A stretch of DNA of 37,731 nt from Fidelibacterota bacterium (lineage in GTDB: Bacteria; Fidelibacterota; Marinisomatia; Marinisomatales; Marinisomataceae), in contig JABHGE010000020.1 of assembly GCA_018672235.1 (NCBI GenBank), positions 1 to 37,731 on the forward strand, read 5' to 3'. Shown here piece after piece: positions 9,757 through 19,670 of this stretch. The notes under the pieces are model-generated. The model made no database searches and was not told the origin of the DNA. It saw only the letters and a list, made by a program, of their open reading frames with translations. The translations under genes and the position numbers were made by a program. The number at the start of each line of letters is the position of its first letter. The stretch's first letter is position 1.

Positions 9757-10484
9757 GCAGCTTGCTCAACTTCATAGTTTGAATAAACATTCTGCACATC
9801 TTCTAAGTCGTCTAATGTATCTATAAGACTCTCAACTTTAAGGCTTTCTTCCTCAGAAATTTTGATAAAATCTTTTGGAATAAATGCAATAAAAGAAGAA
9901 TCAATTTCTAGGGGAATTTTCTCAATTATTTCAATTTTTTCATAAAGAACACTATGATCAAAAAATAACTTATAGTAACCATCTTCTACCTTAAAATCTT
10001 TTGCATCATTTTCGATAGAGATATTAAATATATCATCTTCCGATATTATAGATTCATCAATAAGAATAATACCCATCCTATTAAAATTCCATGCCACACT
10101 TCCAGATTGACCTAGTGAACCACCTGCCTTTGAAAGTACATGTCTAATTTCAGCTACAGTTCTATTTTTATTATCTGTAATAGCTTCTATAAAGACAGCT
10201 ATACCATTAGGACCATATCCTTCATAAGCAGCTTCTTCATAACTAACATTGTCTAAGCTTCCAGTCCCTTTCTTAATTGCTTTGTCAATATTACCACTGG
10301 GCATATTTATAGATTTAGCTTTTTTTACTGCTTGGCGCAATCTAGCATTTGCTTCCAAGTCTCCACCAAAGAGTCTTGCGGATATTGTTATTTCTTTGCC
10401 GATAGAAGAAAAAAGTTTTCCTCTTTTTTGATCAAGAACGCCTTTTTTTCGTTTTATAGTCGACCACTTACTATGTCCCGACAT
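9753..10484 (-). CDS. yebC: YebC/PmpR family protein
   Basis: MSGHSKWSTIKRKKG, YEGYGPNG, TDNKNRT, DVQNVYSN. Confidence 0.96.
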   Translation of the reverse strand: MSGHSKWSTIKRKKGVLDQKRGKLFSSIGKEITISARLFGGDLEANARLRQAVKKAKSINMPSGNIDKAIKKGTGSLDNVSYEEAAYEGYGPNGIAVFIEAITDNKNRTVAEIRHVLSKAGGSLGQSGSVAWNFNRMGIILIDESIISEDDIFNISIENDAKDFKVEDGYYKLFFDHSVLYEKIEIIEKIPLEIDSSFIAFIPKDFIKISEEESLKVESLIDTLDDLEDVQNVYSNYEVEQAA

Positions 10485-10898
10485 CTAATAATCCAATTCG
10501 ATTAAAGTGGGAACAACCCATGCAGATCTATATCCAAGTTGAATTACCTTATTACGATAAGTTTCTGCTTTTTTTCTGCTATCAAAATTACCGACTCTTA
10601 ATTTATAATTTGGTAGTTCAAATTTGATATATATTTTTTCCTTTATAATCAATTCAAGCTTTTCCTTGACATCCATTAAATCTTTTTCATCTTCAGAAAT
10701 CATAACTTGTATACGATAGCCTTTCACTGAGCTTGTAAAATCTATATCATTAATTATTTCGGAATCAGTATTATCATCGAAGGAAGGTAAAATAATATTG
10801 GGTAGGTTTGGTGGGTTGTCTGCAAAATCACTAGGAAGAATAAAATCGCTCTGCCCATAAATAAAGCTAGTGATAAATAAAATAATTAGAAGTCTCAT
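10485..10898 (-). CDS. secreted SPOR-domain (peptidoglycan-binding) protein
   Basis: Signal peptide followed by GYRIQV...YKLRVGNFDSRKKAE...GYRSAWVV. Confidence 0.8.
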   Translation of the reverse strand: MRLLIILFITSFIYGQSDFILPSDFADNPPNLPNIILPSFDDNTDSEIINDIDFTSSVKGYRIQVMISEDEKDLMDVKEKLELIIKEKIYIKFELPNYKLRVGNFDSRKKAETYRNKVIQLGYRSAWVVPTLIELDY

Positions 10899-10899
10899 A

Positions 10900-11640
10900 C
10901 TAGTCTAAAGTTCTTATATCTTTCAGTCTAATCCAACCTTTTCTTCCGTCCATAGAAGATATTTCTAACCATTTATCAGTCTTTTGTTCAATTTTTACTT
11001 TATTACCTGAAAAGAATATAGAAATTTTAATATTATCATTTAAAAAAGGTGCAGAGTATAATTGAGTCTCATCATTTAAAATAATTCCAAAATTATTATT
11101 ATTTTCCCATAAAAACTTAATACCAGAGGATGATGTGCCTAAAAAAAATAGAATCATAAATAAATAATAATATAGTGCTGTTGAATTAGAAGGATTAACC
11201 CTATAAAGGACAGAAGAAACAGAATAAAAGAAAAACATCAATGAGCTAAAGAAGATAAAATCGCTATATGCGAAGCTTGCTAAAAAATTATTAATAAAAT
11301 TTAGAATCTGTGAATCTGGAACTTCTAGTGCATTTGGAATTTTTTGCTTTATCAATGTTAGGTTATGTATAATATCTCTATCTCTAGGTTGGATACTAAA
11401 CCCCATCTCATAAGACCATCTTGCATTTCCAAGATCTTCTAATCTATAGTAAGCATTTCCAAGATTATAATATAAATCTGAACTATAAAAACCTTCACTA
11501 AGAATGCTCTCATAGACTTCAGCAGCATCGTCAAATTGACCATTATTATAAGATTTATTTGCATCAGAAAATAATATATCCAAATCTTGTGCATATGTCA
11601 TACTCATGGTCATTAGAATTATATTAAAAATTCTAAACAT
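10900..11640 (-). CDS. batE: BatE-like TPR + SH3b protein
   Basis: TPR LYYNLGNAYYR, two TM segments, SH3b-like WLEISSMDGRKGWI. Last gene of the Bat cluster. Confidence 0.85.
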   Translation of the reverse strand: MFRIFNIILMTMSMTYAQDLDILFSDANKSYNNGQFDDAAEVYESILSEGFYSSDLYYNLGNAYYRLEDLGNARWSYEMGFSIQPRDRDIIHNLTLIKQKIPNALEVPDSQILNFINNFLASFAYSDFIFFSSLMFFFYSVSSVLYRVNPSNSTALYYYLFMILFFLGTSSSGIKFLWENNNNFGIILNDETQLYSAPFLNDNIKISIFFSGNKVKIEQKTDKWLEISSMDGRKGWIRLKDIRTLD

Positions 11641-13336
11641 AGCTATTAATTTTAGTTAATATTTTTATCGTTTTTTTCTGAAGCTTGATATTATCTTCTG
11701 TAGATATGTCTGTATAGTTATACTTACTACATTCATCTAGAATACCTTGAATAATATTAAGGTCATTTAACTTAACACTATCTTTAATTTGATCTTTTAA
11801 GGACAGTGAATCTAAATTAATTGAATCAATTAAGCCTTTATTCTTGCAAAAAATTCTGATTGCTTTAGGGCAATCTATATACAAACTATCAGAGGACTCT
11901 ATAGAATTAATTGCATTTGATAGGGCGGTTTTATTCTTGAATACTAATGATTGATTTCCAATAAGATGGTTCAATGGTTTGATAAAAATGGGGGCCAAAA
12001 GAATAAGTATTGATCCAATAATGATAAAAAATGATATATTATAGGTATTGTTAGAATTTTCAACTCTCCATACCGTATTACTTAATTTTATATATCTAAT
12101 ATCTTTATTATCAATTAATAAATTATTATTAATATTTTTTTTGATATAACTACTCTTGGTAACATTTAATTTGATTGGCTTAGACGCCACTGAACTCCAA
12201 GACTCTATCTTCGTATCAAAAAACGGAATAATTACTTTTTCAATCGTATAATTCCCTTCTTTCCTAGGAATGAGATTATACTCCCAAGTAATTGTTCCTG
12301 ATACAGAGTCAGTGATATCTCTTTCTTTTACTATCTCTCCATCAAATATATCAAAATTATCTGGAAATTCAATATGAGGTCTACCAATATTATCTAGATT
12401 TCCCTGTCCCTTTAACCTTAAGTAAAAAGTCATTGGGGTGCCATTTTCAATATTCTCAGAAGATATTGACGAACTGACACTAAAACTTCCTACTGCGCCA
12501 GTAAAATTCTTAGGCTGATTCAAAAGTGTAGATACTTTAATCGTTTTTAGCTCTGAAACAAGAATTCTAGCTTTAGTTCTTTGGGAGAAAGTATCAAAAA
12601 ATGGGTCATCCCAAAATAATCTTCTAAGCCCAGGGTCTTTCTCTTTTGTTTCAATCTTCATAATCATAGAGTTAAGATCAAATAGACCTTCAGATAATGG
12701 GAACAATGCAACTTCATACATCTTAATAGATTTATATTTATAACCATTAATTTCTATATCATTCCAAGCGTCTGGAGTAATTTGTTGTCCTGCTGGATCA
12801 AATAATTTTTCAACCCAGAAATTTTTATACTTTGGAAACTCTGTCGATAAAACTTTCGATGCAATTCTAGTAAAAAAAGTATATGTAACAATAACTTGCT
12901 CTCCCACTCTGACATCAAGATCACTCACTTCTATCTTTAGAAACATATCACCAATAGACTCGTCTATAGTTTTCTTGGATACATTCATAGTCACTTCATC
13001 TGTAAAATATTTTTTACCACCTAATATTACTTCAAGTTTTGGAATTTTTAATTTTCCTACTTTTTGAGCTACGATAGTCCAAGATATAGATCTTGAAGTA
13101 CTTTTTTTTCCATTAATAAATTTATACTCACTTCCTATGTTAGGCCCAATAATAACTGAAAAATTATCAAGCATTGGAGAGAGGTCTACCTCCGGATCCA
13201 TGTCTATATCTTTGATTTTAATTGTAAAGGTAAATGATTCACTTATATCAATATTTTTATTGACTACAAATGTCTCAATCTCCTGAGAAAGCAAACAAGA
13301 AATTAAAATTATACTAATTAATAGATGTCTTATCAC
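11633..13336 (-). CDS. batD: BatD family protein
   Basis: Signal peptide, repeated Ig-like BatD units (VGEQVIVTY, FTGAVGSF, LKGQGN), C-terminal TM segment. Position in the Bat cluster. Confidence 0.87.
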   Translation of the reverse strand: MIRHLLISIILISCLLSQEIETFVVNKNIDISESFTFTIKIKDIDMDPEVDLSPMLDNFSVIIGPNIGSEYKFINGKKSTSRSISWTIVAQKVGKLKIPKLEVILGGKKYFTDEVTMNVSKKTIDESIGDMFLKIEVSDLDVRVGEQVIVTYTFFTRIASKVLSTEFPKYKNFWVEKLFDPAGQQITPDAWNDIEINGYKYKSIKMYEVALFPLSEGLFDLNSMIMKIETKEKDPGLRRLFWDDPFFDTFSQRTKARILVSELKTIKVSTLLNQPKNFTGAVGSFSVSSSISSENIENGTPMTFYLRLKGQGNLDNIGRPHIEFPDNFDIFDGEIVKERDITDSVSGTITWEYNLIPRKEGNYTIEKVIIPFFDTKIESWSSVASKPIKLNVTKSSYIKKNINNNLLIDNKDIRYIKLSNTVWRVENSNNTYNISFFIIIGSILILLAPIFIKPLNHLIGNQSLVFKNKTALSNAINSIESSDSLYIDCPKAIRIFCKNKGLIDSINLDSLSLKDQIKDSVKLNDLNIIQGILDECSKYNYTDISTEDNIKLQKKTIKILTKINSYV

Positions 13337-14070
13337 CAGTCTTTACCCGATTCATTACTATAGTTGGTTTGCTTTCTTTTTTTATTCACTTTCTCATTCT
13401 CTTTTATGGCATTAAGTATATTCTCAGCGCTTTGCTTTGATTGAACATCGCGATTTTGTTCATTTTGTTGATCTGGAGATTTAGAGTTTTGATTGTCAGT
13501 AGGTCCATTATCATTGTTCTCAGAATCATTATTGTCTTCTTCGTTATTAGATTTATCATTCTGACTATCATCTTTCTTGTCTTTTTCTTTTTCTTTATCT
13601 TTATCTTCTTCGTTTTTTTCTTCGTCTGATTCCTTACTTTTATCTTTTTCCTTCTGCATACTTTTATTTTTCTCAATCTCATTTTTTACAAACTCATAAT
13701 TTTTTCGAGCATCTAAATCTTCAGGATCTTTTAGCAATGTTTCCCTAAAAGCTTTCAAGCTTTCTTCAAGTTTTTGTGATCGATATAAAGTATTTCCATA
13801 ATTATAGCTTAATTCGGAGGTATATCCAGATGAGTCTTGATATACTGTTTCAAAAATAGCATTTGCTTTATTAGTACTATCTATTTGGGCGTAAATAGTA
13901 CCTATATTATATAATAGTTCCTCATTAGACAGATTTTTATCATCCATATCAACTAACTGTTTATAATAATCTAGAGCTGAATCAATATCTCCATTCTTAT
14001 ACATTTTATATCCCATATCCTGAGACGATAAACCTGATATTAGAGCTCCAATTATGAATAGAATTTTCAT
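13333..14070 (-). CDS. batC: BatC-like TPR protein with charged low-complexity linker
   Basis: TPRs (YNIG, YNYGNTLY, DARKNYE), K/D/E/N/Q-rich linker, AENILNAI and C-terminal KDW. Confidence 0.85.
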   Translation of the reverse strand: MKILFIIGALISGLSSQDMGYKMYKNGDIDSALDYYKQLVDMDDKNLSNEELLYNIGTIYAQIDSTNKANAIFETVYQDSSGYTSELSYNYGNTLYRSQKLEESLKAFRETLLKDPEDLDARKNYEFVKNEIEKNKSMQKEKDKSKESDEEKNEEDKDKEKEKDKKDDSQNDKSNNEEDNNDSENNDNGPTDNQNSKSPDQQNEQNRDVQSKQSAENILNAIKENEKVNKKRKQTNYSNESGKDW

Positions 14071-15065
14071 TTTATCTTTCTTCCTGAAGGTAAAATATAT
14101 GCGATAAATAAGAAAAATATAGCAAAAAATAATGGATACTGATATTTATAGTCATATTCTGCAAATTCATAAGAACTGATAAGGGAAGCTTCGCCCTTAC
14201 TTATGACATCGTTGATTTCATCGCTCACTGATTCACTGTTTGCAATTCTAAAAAAGCTACCTTTTCCAGTCTGTGATATTTCTGATAGAAAAATATCATT
14301 TAATTTGCTCATAATCAATGTACCTGATTCATCTTTTAAAAATGCATTCTTTCTTTTTTCATCCGGTATTAATGATCCTTCTATACTTCCTACGCCTATA
14401 ACATGAATCACTATATCTTCAGATAAAACTCTAGTAATAGCATCTAATGAACTAGAACTATGGTCTTCTCCGTCAGAAAAAAGAAAAATCATTTTCTGCT
14501 GATCTCCATCTTCTTCAAATGCAATTATAGATGTTTCTATTGCTTGTCCAATCGCAGTACCTTTTGAGGAAATCATCTCTGTATCTATACTTTTAATAAA
14601 CAATTTTGCTGCATCATAATCCATAGTTAATGGTAGATATAAAAAATTTGATCCAGAAAAAACTACAATACCTAGTCTATCTCCCTTTAGTCCATCTATA
14701 ACTTTACTAATTTCAAATTTTACCTTATTAATTCTAGATGGCTTAACATCCTGAGCATTCATACTTGTAGATATATCAACACAAAATATAATATCTACAC
14801 CTTTTCTTTCTACAGGCTTAACTGTAGTTCCAGTTTTTAATCCTGCTATTGCAAAAACTATAATAAACAAAGAAAGAAATCTTAAAAAGAACTTTACCCT
14901 CATAGTAGTTAAATCTCCCCTAGAGAATAAATTGTTTATAAATTTTGGATCAAAATTATCTACTCCAAAAATCTTATTAGACCTTCCTTTATAATAATAA
15001 ATTATGAGAGTCAACAATGTCAATGACAGAGACAATAGAGCTAAATTTAAATTCTCAAATGTCAT
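14067..15065 (-). CDS. batB: BatB-like von Willebrand A domain membrane protein
   Basis: MIDAS DISTSM, AQDVKPSRI, GDRLGIVVF, PLTMDY, SDGEDH. Confidence 0.88.
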   Translation of the reverse strand: MTFENLNLALLSLSLTLLTLIIYYYKGRSNKIFGVDNFDPKFINNLFSRGDLTTMRVKFFLRFLSLFIIVFAIAGLKTGTTVKPVERKGVDIIFCVDISTSMNAQDVKPSRINKVKFEISKVIDGLKGDRLGIVVFSGSNFLYLPLTMDYDAAKLFIKSIDTEMISSKGTAIGQAIETSIIAFEEDGDQQKMIFLFSDGEDHSSSSLDAITRVLSEDIVIHVIGVGSIEGSLIPDEKRKNAFLKDESGTLIMSKLNDIFLSEISQTGKGSFFRIANSESVSDEINDVISKGEASLISSYEFAEYDYKYQYPLFFAIFFLFIAYILPSGRKIK

Positions 15066-16030
15066 ACAATCCTTCTAAAGTAAATTATTCTAAATAGCTC
15101 ACTTGATAACAAAAGTATAAACCCAGAATATAAGAACCATAAATATATTTCTTTATATTCTGAATAATAACTCACAATTATTTCAGATTTCTCTAAGTCA
15201 TTTATTTCTGAATATATACCAGCTAAACTTTCTTTATCGATAGCTCTAAAATATTTTCCGCCTGTTTCGGCAGCAATCTCTCTAAGTGAATCTTCGTCAA
15301 TCTCATTTCTAATGTATCTTCCACCAGGTATTTGTGTTACCGCCTGTCTTGTTCCAGCCCCTATTGTATAGATTCTTATGTTATATTCTTTTGCTATTTT
15401 TGCAGCTGCTATAGGATCAATAGCTCCTGAATTATTACTTCCATCAGATAGTAGGATAATTACCTTACTTTTTGATTCATTGACTCTTAATCGATTAATA
15501 GCATTAGCTATAGCTATACCTATGGCAGTGCCATCATACTTAGGCTCTACTACAGTTACTTCGCTTAACAGGTTATTTAAAACGCCATAATCGACAGTTA
15601 AAGGACACTGAATAAATGTTTCTTTTCCGAATACCAAAAGACCAACTCTATCTCCTCTCCTATTATCTATAAAATCTTTGGCTGCTTGCTTCACAGCTTC
15701 TAAGCGATTAGGTTTAAAATCTTCTGCCAGCATACTGCTACTGGTATCTAGTACTAGCATAATATCTACAACTTCAATTGTTACATTCTTATCATTTGTA
15801 GTTACTCTCGGTCTTGCAATGGCAATAATAAAACAAATCAAAGAAGCGACAAAAAGAAACCTGAATAATCCAATTTTAATAATGCCATATCTTCCAAAAA
15901 AAGATTTTAAGTACTTTGTATCGGAAACTTGAAAAGATGCAGATTTATTGGAAGAATAAAATTTTTTAAATATTGATAGCAATACTAATAGAGCCAGTAG
16001 ATATAAAAAATTTGGATGTAAGAATTCCAT
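15062..16030 (-). CDS. batA: BatA-like von Willebrand A domain membrane protein
   Basis: F..P..L N-terminus, IARP, MIDAS DTSSSM, AEDFKPNRL, GTAIG, LLSDGSNN, TGGKYFRA. Confidence 0.92.
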   Translation of the reverse strand: MEFLHPNFLYLLALLVLLSIFKKFYSSNKSASFQVSDTKYLKSFFGRYGIIKIGLFRFLFVASLICFIIAIARPRVTTNDKNVTIEVVDIMLVLDTSSSMLAEDFKPNRLEAVKQAAKDFIDNRRGDRVGLLVFGKETFIQCPLTVDYGVLNNLLSEVTVVEPKYDGTAIGIAIANAINRLRVNESKSKVIILLSDGSNNSGAIDPIAAAKIAKEYNIRIYTIGAGTRQAVTQIPGGRYIRNEIDEDSLREIAAETGGKYFRAIDKESLAGIYSEINDLEKSEIIVSYYSEYKEIYLWFLYSGFILLLSSELFRIIYFRRIV

Positions 16031-16037
16031 TTATTGC

Positions 16038-17396
16038 TTATTTAAATAATTCTGCTTTATTCAATGAATGCGCAAAATTAAATAAAGTTTCCTCTTTAAA
16101 TGAATTACCTGCAATCTGAAATCCTATAGGCAATTTATCTTTTGTTGTTCCAGCTGGAATATTAAGAGAAGGAGTTCCTATTAAATTGAATGGAACAGTA
16201 AATATGTCAGCAAGATACATTTTAATCGGATCATCTAAATGATTTTTTAATGGAAATGCTATTGTTGCAGTAGTTGGAATAAACAAACAATCTACTTTTA
16301 AGAATAGTTTATTATATTCATTTTTTATTACTCTTCGTACTTTTAATGCTTTTGAATAATAGGCATCATAATATCCAGAAGATAATACATATGTTCCAGT
16401 CATGATTCTTCTTTTAACTTCCTCAGAAAAACCTTCTGATCTAGACTTAATATAGGTATCACTTAAATCTTCAGAAGATACTCTTCTTCCATATCTCACT
16501 CCATCAAAACGAGACAAATTTGAAGAAGCTTCTGCCATTGTTAATACGTAATAAGCAGGGACGCAATAGTCAAAATATGGTAAATCAATTTCAATAAGAT
16601 TTACATCATTCTTTTTGAGGAAATCTAAAGCTGTATGATATCTATCTACAATTTCACTATCTATATCAGATAGTAATTTTTTACTTAAAATCCCAATATT
16701 TTTAGGAAGTCCATCTCTATTATACCGATCTAAAGATAAAATTTTTTCTTTGCATGATGTTGCATCCTTAGGATCATTTCCTGACATCACACTAAATGCT
16801 GATGTTATATCTGTCAGACTCTTTGATAGTATGCCTATGGTGTCAAAAGATGATGCATGAGCCACTAAACCATACCTAGAGATTCTACCATAAGTGGGTT
16901 TTAACCCATATATACCACAGAATGATGCTGGTTGTCTTATAGAGCCTCCCGTATCAGATCCTAGTGCAATATCGCACAAACCTTCTGCCGCAGCTGCTGC
17001 AGATCCTCCACTAGATCCTCCTGCCACTCTTGTTAAGTCGTGAGGATTCTTAACTGAACCATAAATTGAATACTCAGACGAAGAACCCATAGCAAATTCA
17101 TCCATATTAGTTTGTCCTGTTATTAAAGCTCCCGCAGATTCTAAACGATCTATTACTGTAGCGCTATATGGAGACTTATAGGATTCTAAAAGATTAGATG
17201 CGCATGTTAAATGCTCTCCCTTTATTGCAATATTATCTTTAACTAGTATAGTTTTTCCTGCTAGAACCTTACTACTATCAGATATTTCTGATGAAACTTT
17301 ATCAAATCTTGTTCTTACGATAGCATTAGTTTTGCTATTAGCAATCTTGCCTTGCTGAGAAACAAGTTTTTGTTTTAAAGCATTAGATGGGGACAT
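16038..17396 (-). CDS. gatA: Asp/Glu-tRNA amidotransferase subunit A
   Basis: KDNI, GGSSGGSAA, GSDTGGSIRQPA, AEASSNLSRFDGVRYG, EVKRRIMTGTYVLSSGYYDAYY. Confidence 0.96.
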   Translation of the reverse strand: MSPSNALKQKLVSQQGKIANSKTNAIVRTRFDKVSSEISDSSKVLAGKTILVKDNIAIKGEHLTCASNLLESYKSPYSATVIDRLESAGALITGQTNMDEFAMGSSSEYSIYGSVKNPHDLTRVAGGSSGGSAAAAAEGLCDIALGSDTGGSIRQPASFCGIYGLKPTYGRISRYGLVAHASSFDTIGILSKSLTDITSAFSVMSGNDPKDATSCKEKILSLDRYNRDGLPKNIGILSKKLLSDIDSEIVDRYHTALDFLKKNDVNLIEIDLPYFDYCVPAYYVLTMAEASSNLSRFDGVRYGRRVSSEDLSDTYIKSRSEGFSEEVKRRIMTGTYVLSSGYYDAYYSKALKVRRVIKNEYNKLFLKVDCLFIPTTATIAFPLKNHLDDPIKMYLADIFTVPFNLIGTPSLNIPAGTTKDKLPIGFQIAGNSFKEETLFNFAHSLNKAELFK

Positions 17397-17401
17397 CTAA
17401 T

Positions 17402-17578
17402 TTATTCTTCGGATTTTTCAGATTTTCTTAATTCATCTTTCGTGTCGTCTAATGCACCACGAAATTCTCTTAATGATTTAGCAAATCCTCTCGCTAAACC
17501 AGGAAGTCTTTTACCGCCAAAAAGGAGTAAAAGAATAAGAAAAATTATTACTAATTCACCTGTACCTAAATTAAACAT
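17402..17578 (-). CDS. tatA: twin-arginine translocase TatA/TatE, 58 aa; not in ORF track
   Basis: Hand translation MFNLGTGELVIIFLILLLLFGGKRLPGLARGFAKSLREFRGALDDTKDELRKSEKSEE: TM helix, FGxKRLP hinge, amphipathic helix. SD GAGG upstream. Confidence 0.93.
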   Translation of the reverse strand: MFNLGTGELVIIFLILLLLFGGKRLPGLARGFAKSLREFRGALDDTKDELRKSEKSEE

Positions 17579-17594
17579 ATCAAAACCTCTTTTT

Positions 17595-17873
17595 TTATCT
17601 AAAATATCTTAATAAATAATATGCAACCGCAAAACCAATAACGCTACAAACGTTAAATCTTAAAATAAATCCAAGATCAAGTGCGATAACGCCTAAATCT
17701 ACTAATAATCCACTATCAATTGAACCAAAAGAAAAATCAAATGTCGTGAGGAAAAATTGCTTCACTGTACTTCCCTCAGGTAGTATATAGCCTAAAAATT
17801 GACCTAAAGCAGTTCCAATCATTGCTCCAGCCAATAACCCTAGACTTATCAATCTAATACTTCTATTCCTCAT
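17595..17873 (-). CDS. small membrane protein, DUF4321-like
   Basis: 92 aa, hydrophobic, GAMIGTALG...LPEGSTVKQFF...VDLGVI...RFNVCSVIG pattern recalled for DUF4321. Confidence 0.65.
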   Translation of the reverse strand: MRNRSIRLISLGLLAGAMIGTALGQFLGYILPEGSTVKQFFLTTFDFSFGSIDSGLLVDLGVIALDLGFILRFNVCSVIGFAVAYYLLRYFR

Positions 17874-18946
17874 TCTTTTCCTAATACTAAGTTAACTATT
17901 TTTATTTCATTTTCTCTTTGAATTCTTAATTTGATGGTATCACCTGGTCTTGTGTCTCTGTTAGCAAGAACAAGTTGTAGTTGTTCATAACTTTGTATTT
18001 GATATCCTTCAACTCCTATAATAATATCACCCTTATATAGCGCTTTATTATCTCCAGAGCTATCATAGTCAATAGAATTAATATATAATCCTATCTCACC
18101 ATTCTGACCATATCGATATGGTGTGGCGTTAACTCCAAAAGAAAACCTTCTATCAATAGTTCCCTTTAGTTTTAATTCTTCTCCAATCTTTTTTGCATAA
18201 TTTATTGGAATTGCAAATCCAAGATTTTCTGAATCGTTTCTTACAAAAGTATTAATACCTAATACTTTTCCATTCGCATCTACCAATGGACCACCGCTAT
18301 TACCAGGATTCAAAGAAGCATCTGTTTGAATCATGTCATTCATCAACCTTCCACTACTACTATCAATACCAAAATCTGCATTAATGGCGCTTATAATACC
18401 TGCTGATGCTATTGGTTGATAGTTTGCGGCAGCAAATAAACTTTTTGGATTTCCCAATGCAATAACCCACTCGCCAACTATAACCTTATCTGAATCACCA
18501 ATTTCAGAATACTCAAAATTTTCTCCCTCAATTTTTAATAAAGCTACATCTGTCCTAATATCAACTCCAACTATAGAAGCTGCATAGTGAGCTCCTCCAG
18601 GAAGGACTACGTCAATCTTAATATTTGTTATAGATAAAGAAGGATCTGGAGACAGAGTAACTATATTATGAGCATTTGTTAGAATATATCCATCTTTACT
18701 GATAATAAAACCAGAACCACTAGATTGTATTGGCTTAACAGACTTCAATCGTCCTGTCCAGCGATTTATCTGAGCTATTTCTTGATTTCTATATATACTC
18801 ACAACAGAAGGACTAGCTTTTTCTATGGCTACAGTGATAGCTGTGACTTTTGAATCAGAAGTAGTAGAGACTGATGCCTCAGATTGAACGTCCATGTTGC
18901 AACCAACCATCAAAGATAATGCTATAATAAGTACTTTAATTTTCAT
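17870..18946 (-). CDS. HtrA/DegP-family serine protease with one PDZ domain, probable lipoprotein
   Basis: GSGFII, TNAH, TDVALLK, QTDASLNPGNSGGPL triad, C-terminal PDZ, lipobox-like LMVGC. Confidence 0.92.
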   Translation of the reverse strand: MKIKVLIIALSLMVGCNMDVQSEASVSTTSDSKVTAITVAIEKASPSVVSIYRNQEIAQINRWTGRLKSVKPIQSSGSGFIISKDGYILTNAHNIVTLSPDPSLSITNIKIDVVLPGGAHYAASIVGVDIRTDVALLKIEGENFEYSEIGDSDKVIVGEWVIALGNPKSLFAAANYQPIASAGIISAINADFGIDSSSGRLMNDMIQTDASLNPGNSGGPLVDANGKVLGINTFVRNDSENLGFAIPINYAKKIGEELKLKGTIDRRFSFGVNATPYRYGQNGEIGLYINSIDYDSSGDNKALYKGDIIIGVEGYQIQSYEQLQLVLANRDTRPGDTIKLRIQRENEIKIVNLVLGKE

Positions 18947-19670
18947 AAAAAATTTTGTTTAATATTAATCCGTGTGCAGGAGCTTTTAATAGCTTTGCAT
19001 CTTTTATTGGATTTTCCAATAAGGACAAGAAATCATTGCTGCTTATTTTTTTCTCCATACAACCTATCATTGTTCCTACTAAATATCGCACCATATGATG
19101 CAAAAATCTATCTCCTTCAATAATATAAAATAATTTACCATCATTCAATGTCCATTTTGATTTGAATATTTTACAAATAGTATTCTTTTTTTCTATATCA
19201 AACTTTGAAAAAGATAAAAAATCATGTTTTCCAACGAACTGACTCTCAATATCTTTCAGTATATCAAAATCTATTTTTTTAACTATAAAATGATTTTTAC
19301 TTAATAGTGGATTATCAGTTAAAGAGCATTGATACAGATATTCTTTCTTAATAGCATCAAACCTTGAATGAAATTTAATATCTACTCCTATAATATCTAC
19401 AATACGTATCTCAGAAGGCAATCTAGCATTTAGAGCCCCCTTAATAGAGTCTAAAGATAATTCAGTATCGAGATCAAAGTGAGCTATCTGACCTAGGGCA
19501 TGGACTCCGGAATCTGTTCTACTTGCACCAAATACTCTAGTTAAATTATTATGATTTAAAAAAGATAAAGAATATTCAACCTTATCTTGAATCGTATTTA
19601 AGTTTTTTTGTGATTGAAACCCAGAAAAACCTAACCCATCATACTGAATTGTAATCTTATATCTACTCAT
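18936..19670 (-). CDS. truA: tRNA pseudouridine(38-40) synthase (start placed at ATG 19670)
   Basis: MSRYKITIQYDG, ASRTDSGVHALGQ, FHSRF, FLHHMVR, APAHGL. The ATG overlaps the lnt stop by 8 nt. Confidence 0.96.
   Translation of the reverse strand: MSRYKITIQYDGLGFSGFQSQKNLNTIQDKVEYSLSFLNHNNLTRVFGASRTDSGVHALGQIAHFDLDTELSLDSIKGALNARLPSEIRIVDIIGVDIKFHSRFDAIKKEYLYQCSLTDNPLLSKNHFIVKKIDFDILKDIESQFVGKHDFLSFSKFDIEKKNTICKIFKSKWTLNDGKLFYIIEGDRFLHHMVRYLVGTMIGCMEKKISSNDFLSLLENPIKDAKLLKAPAHGLILNKIFYEN

Noticed and set aside
13404..13682. 92-aa Lys-rich minus-strand ORF inside batC
   Set aside because: An alternative frame of the purine-rich low-complexity batC linker, which is stop-poor by composition.
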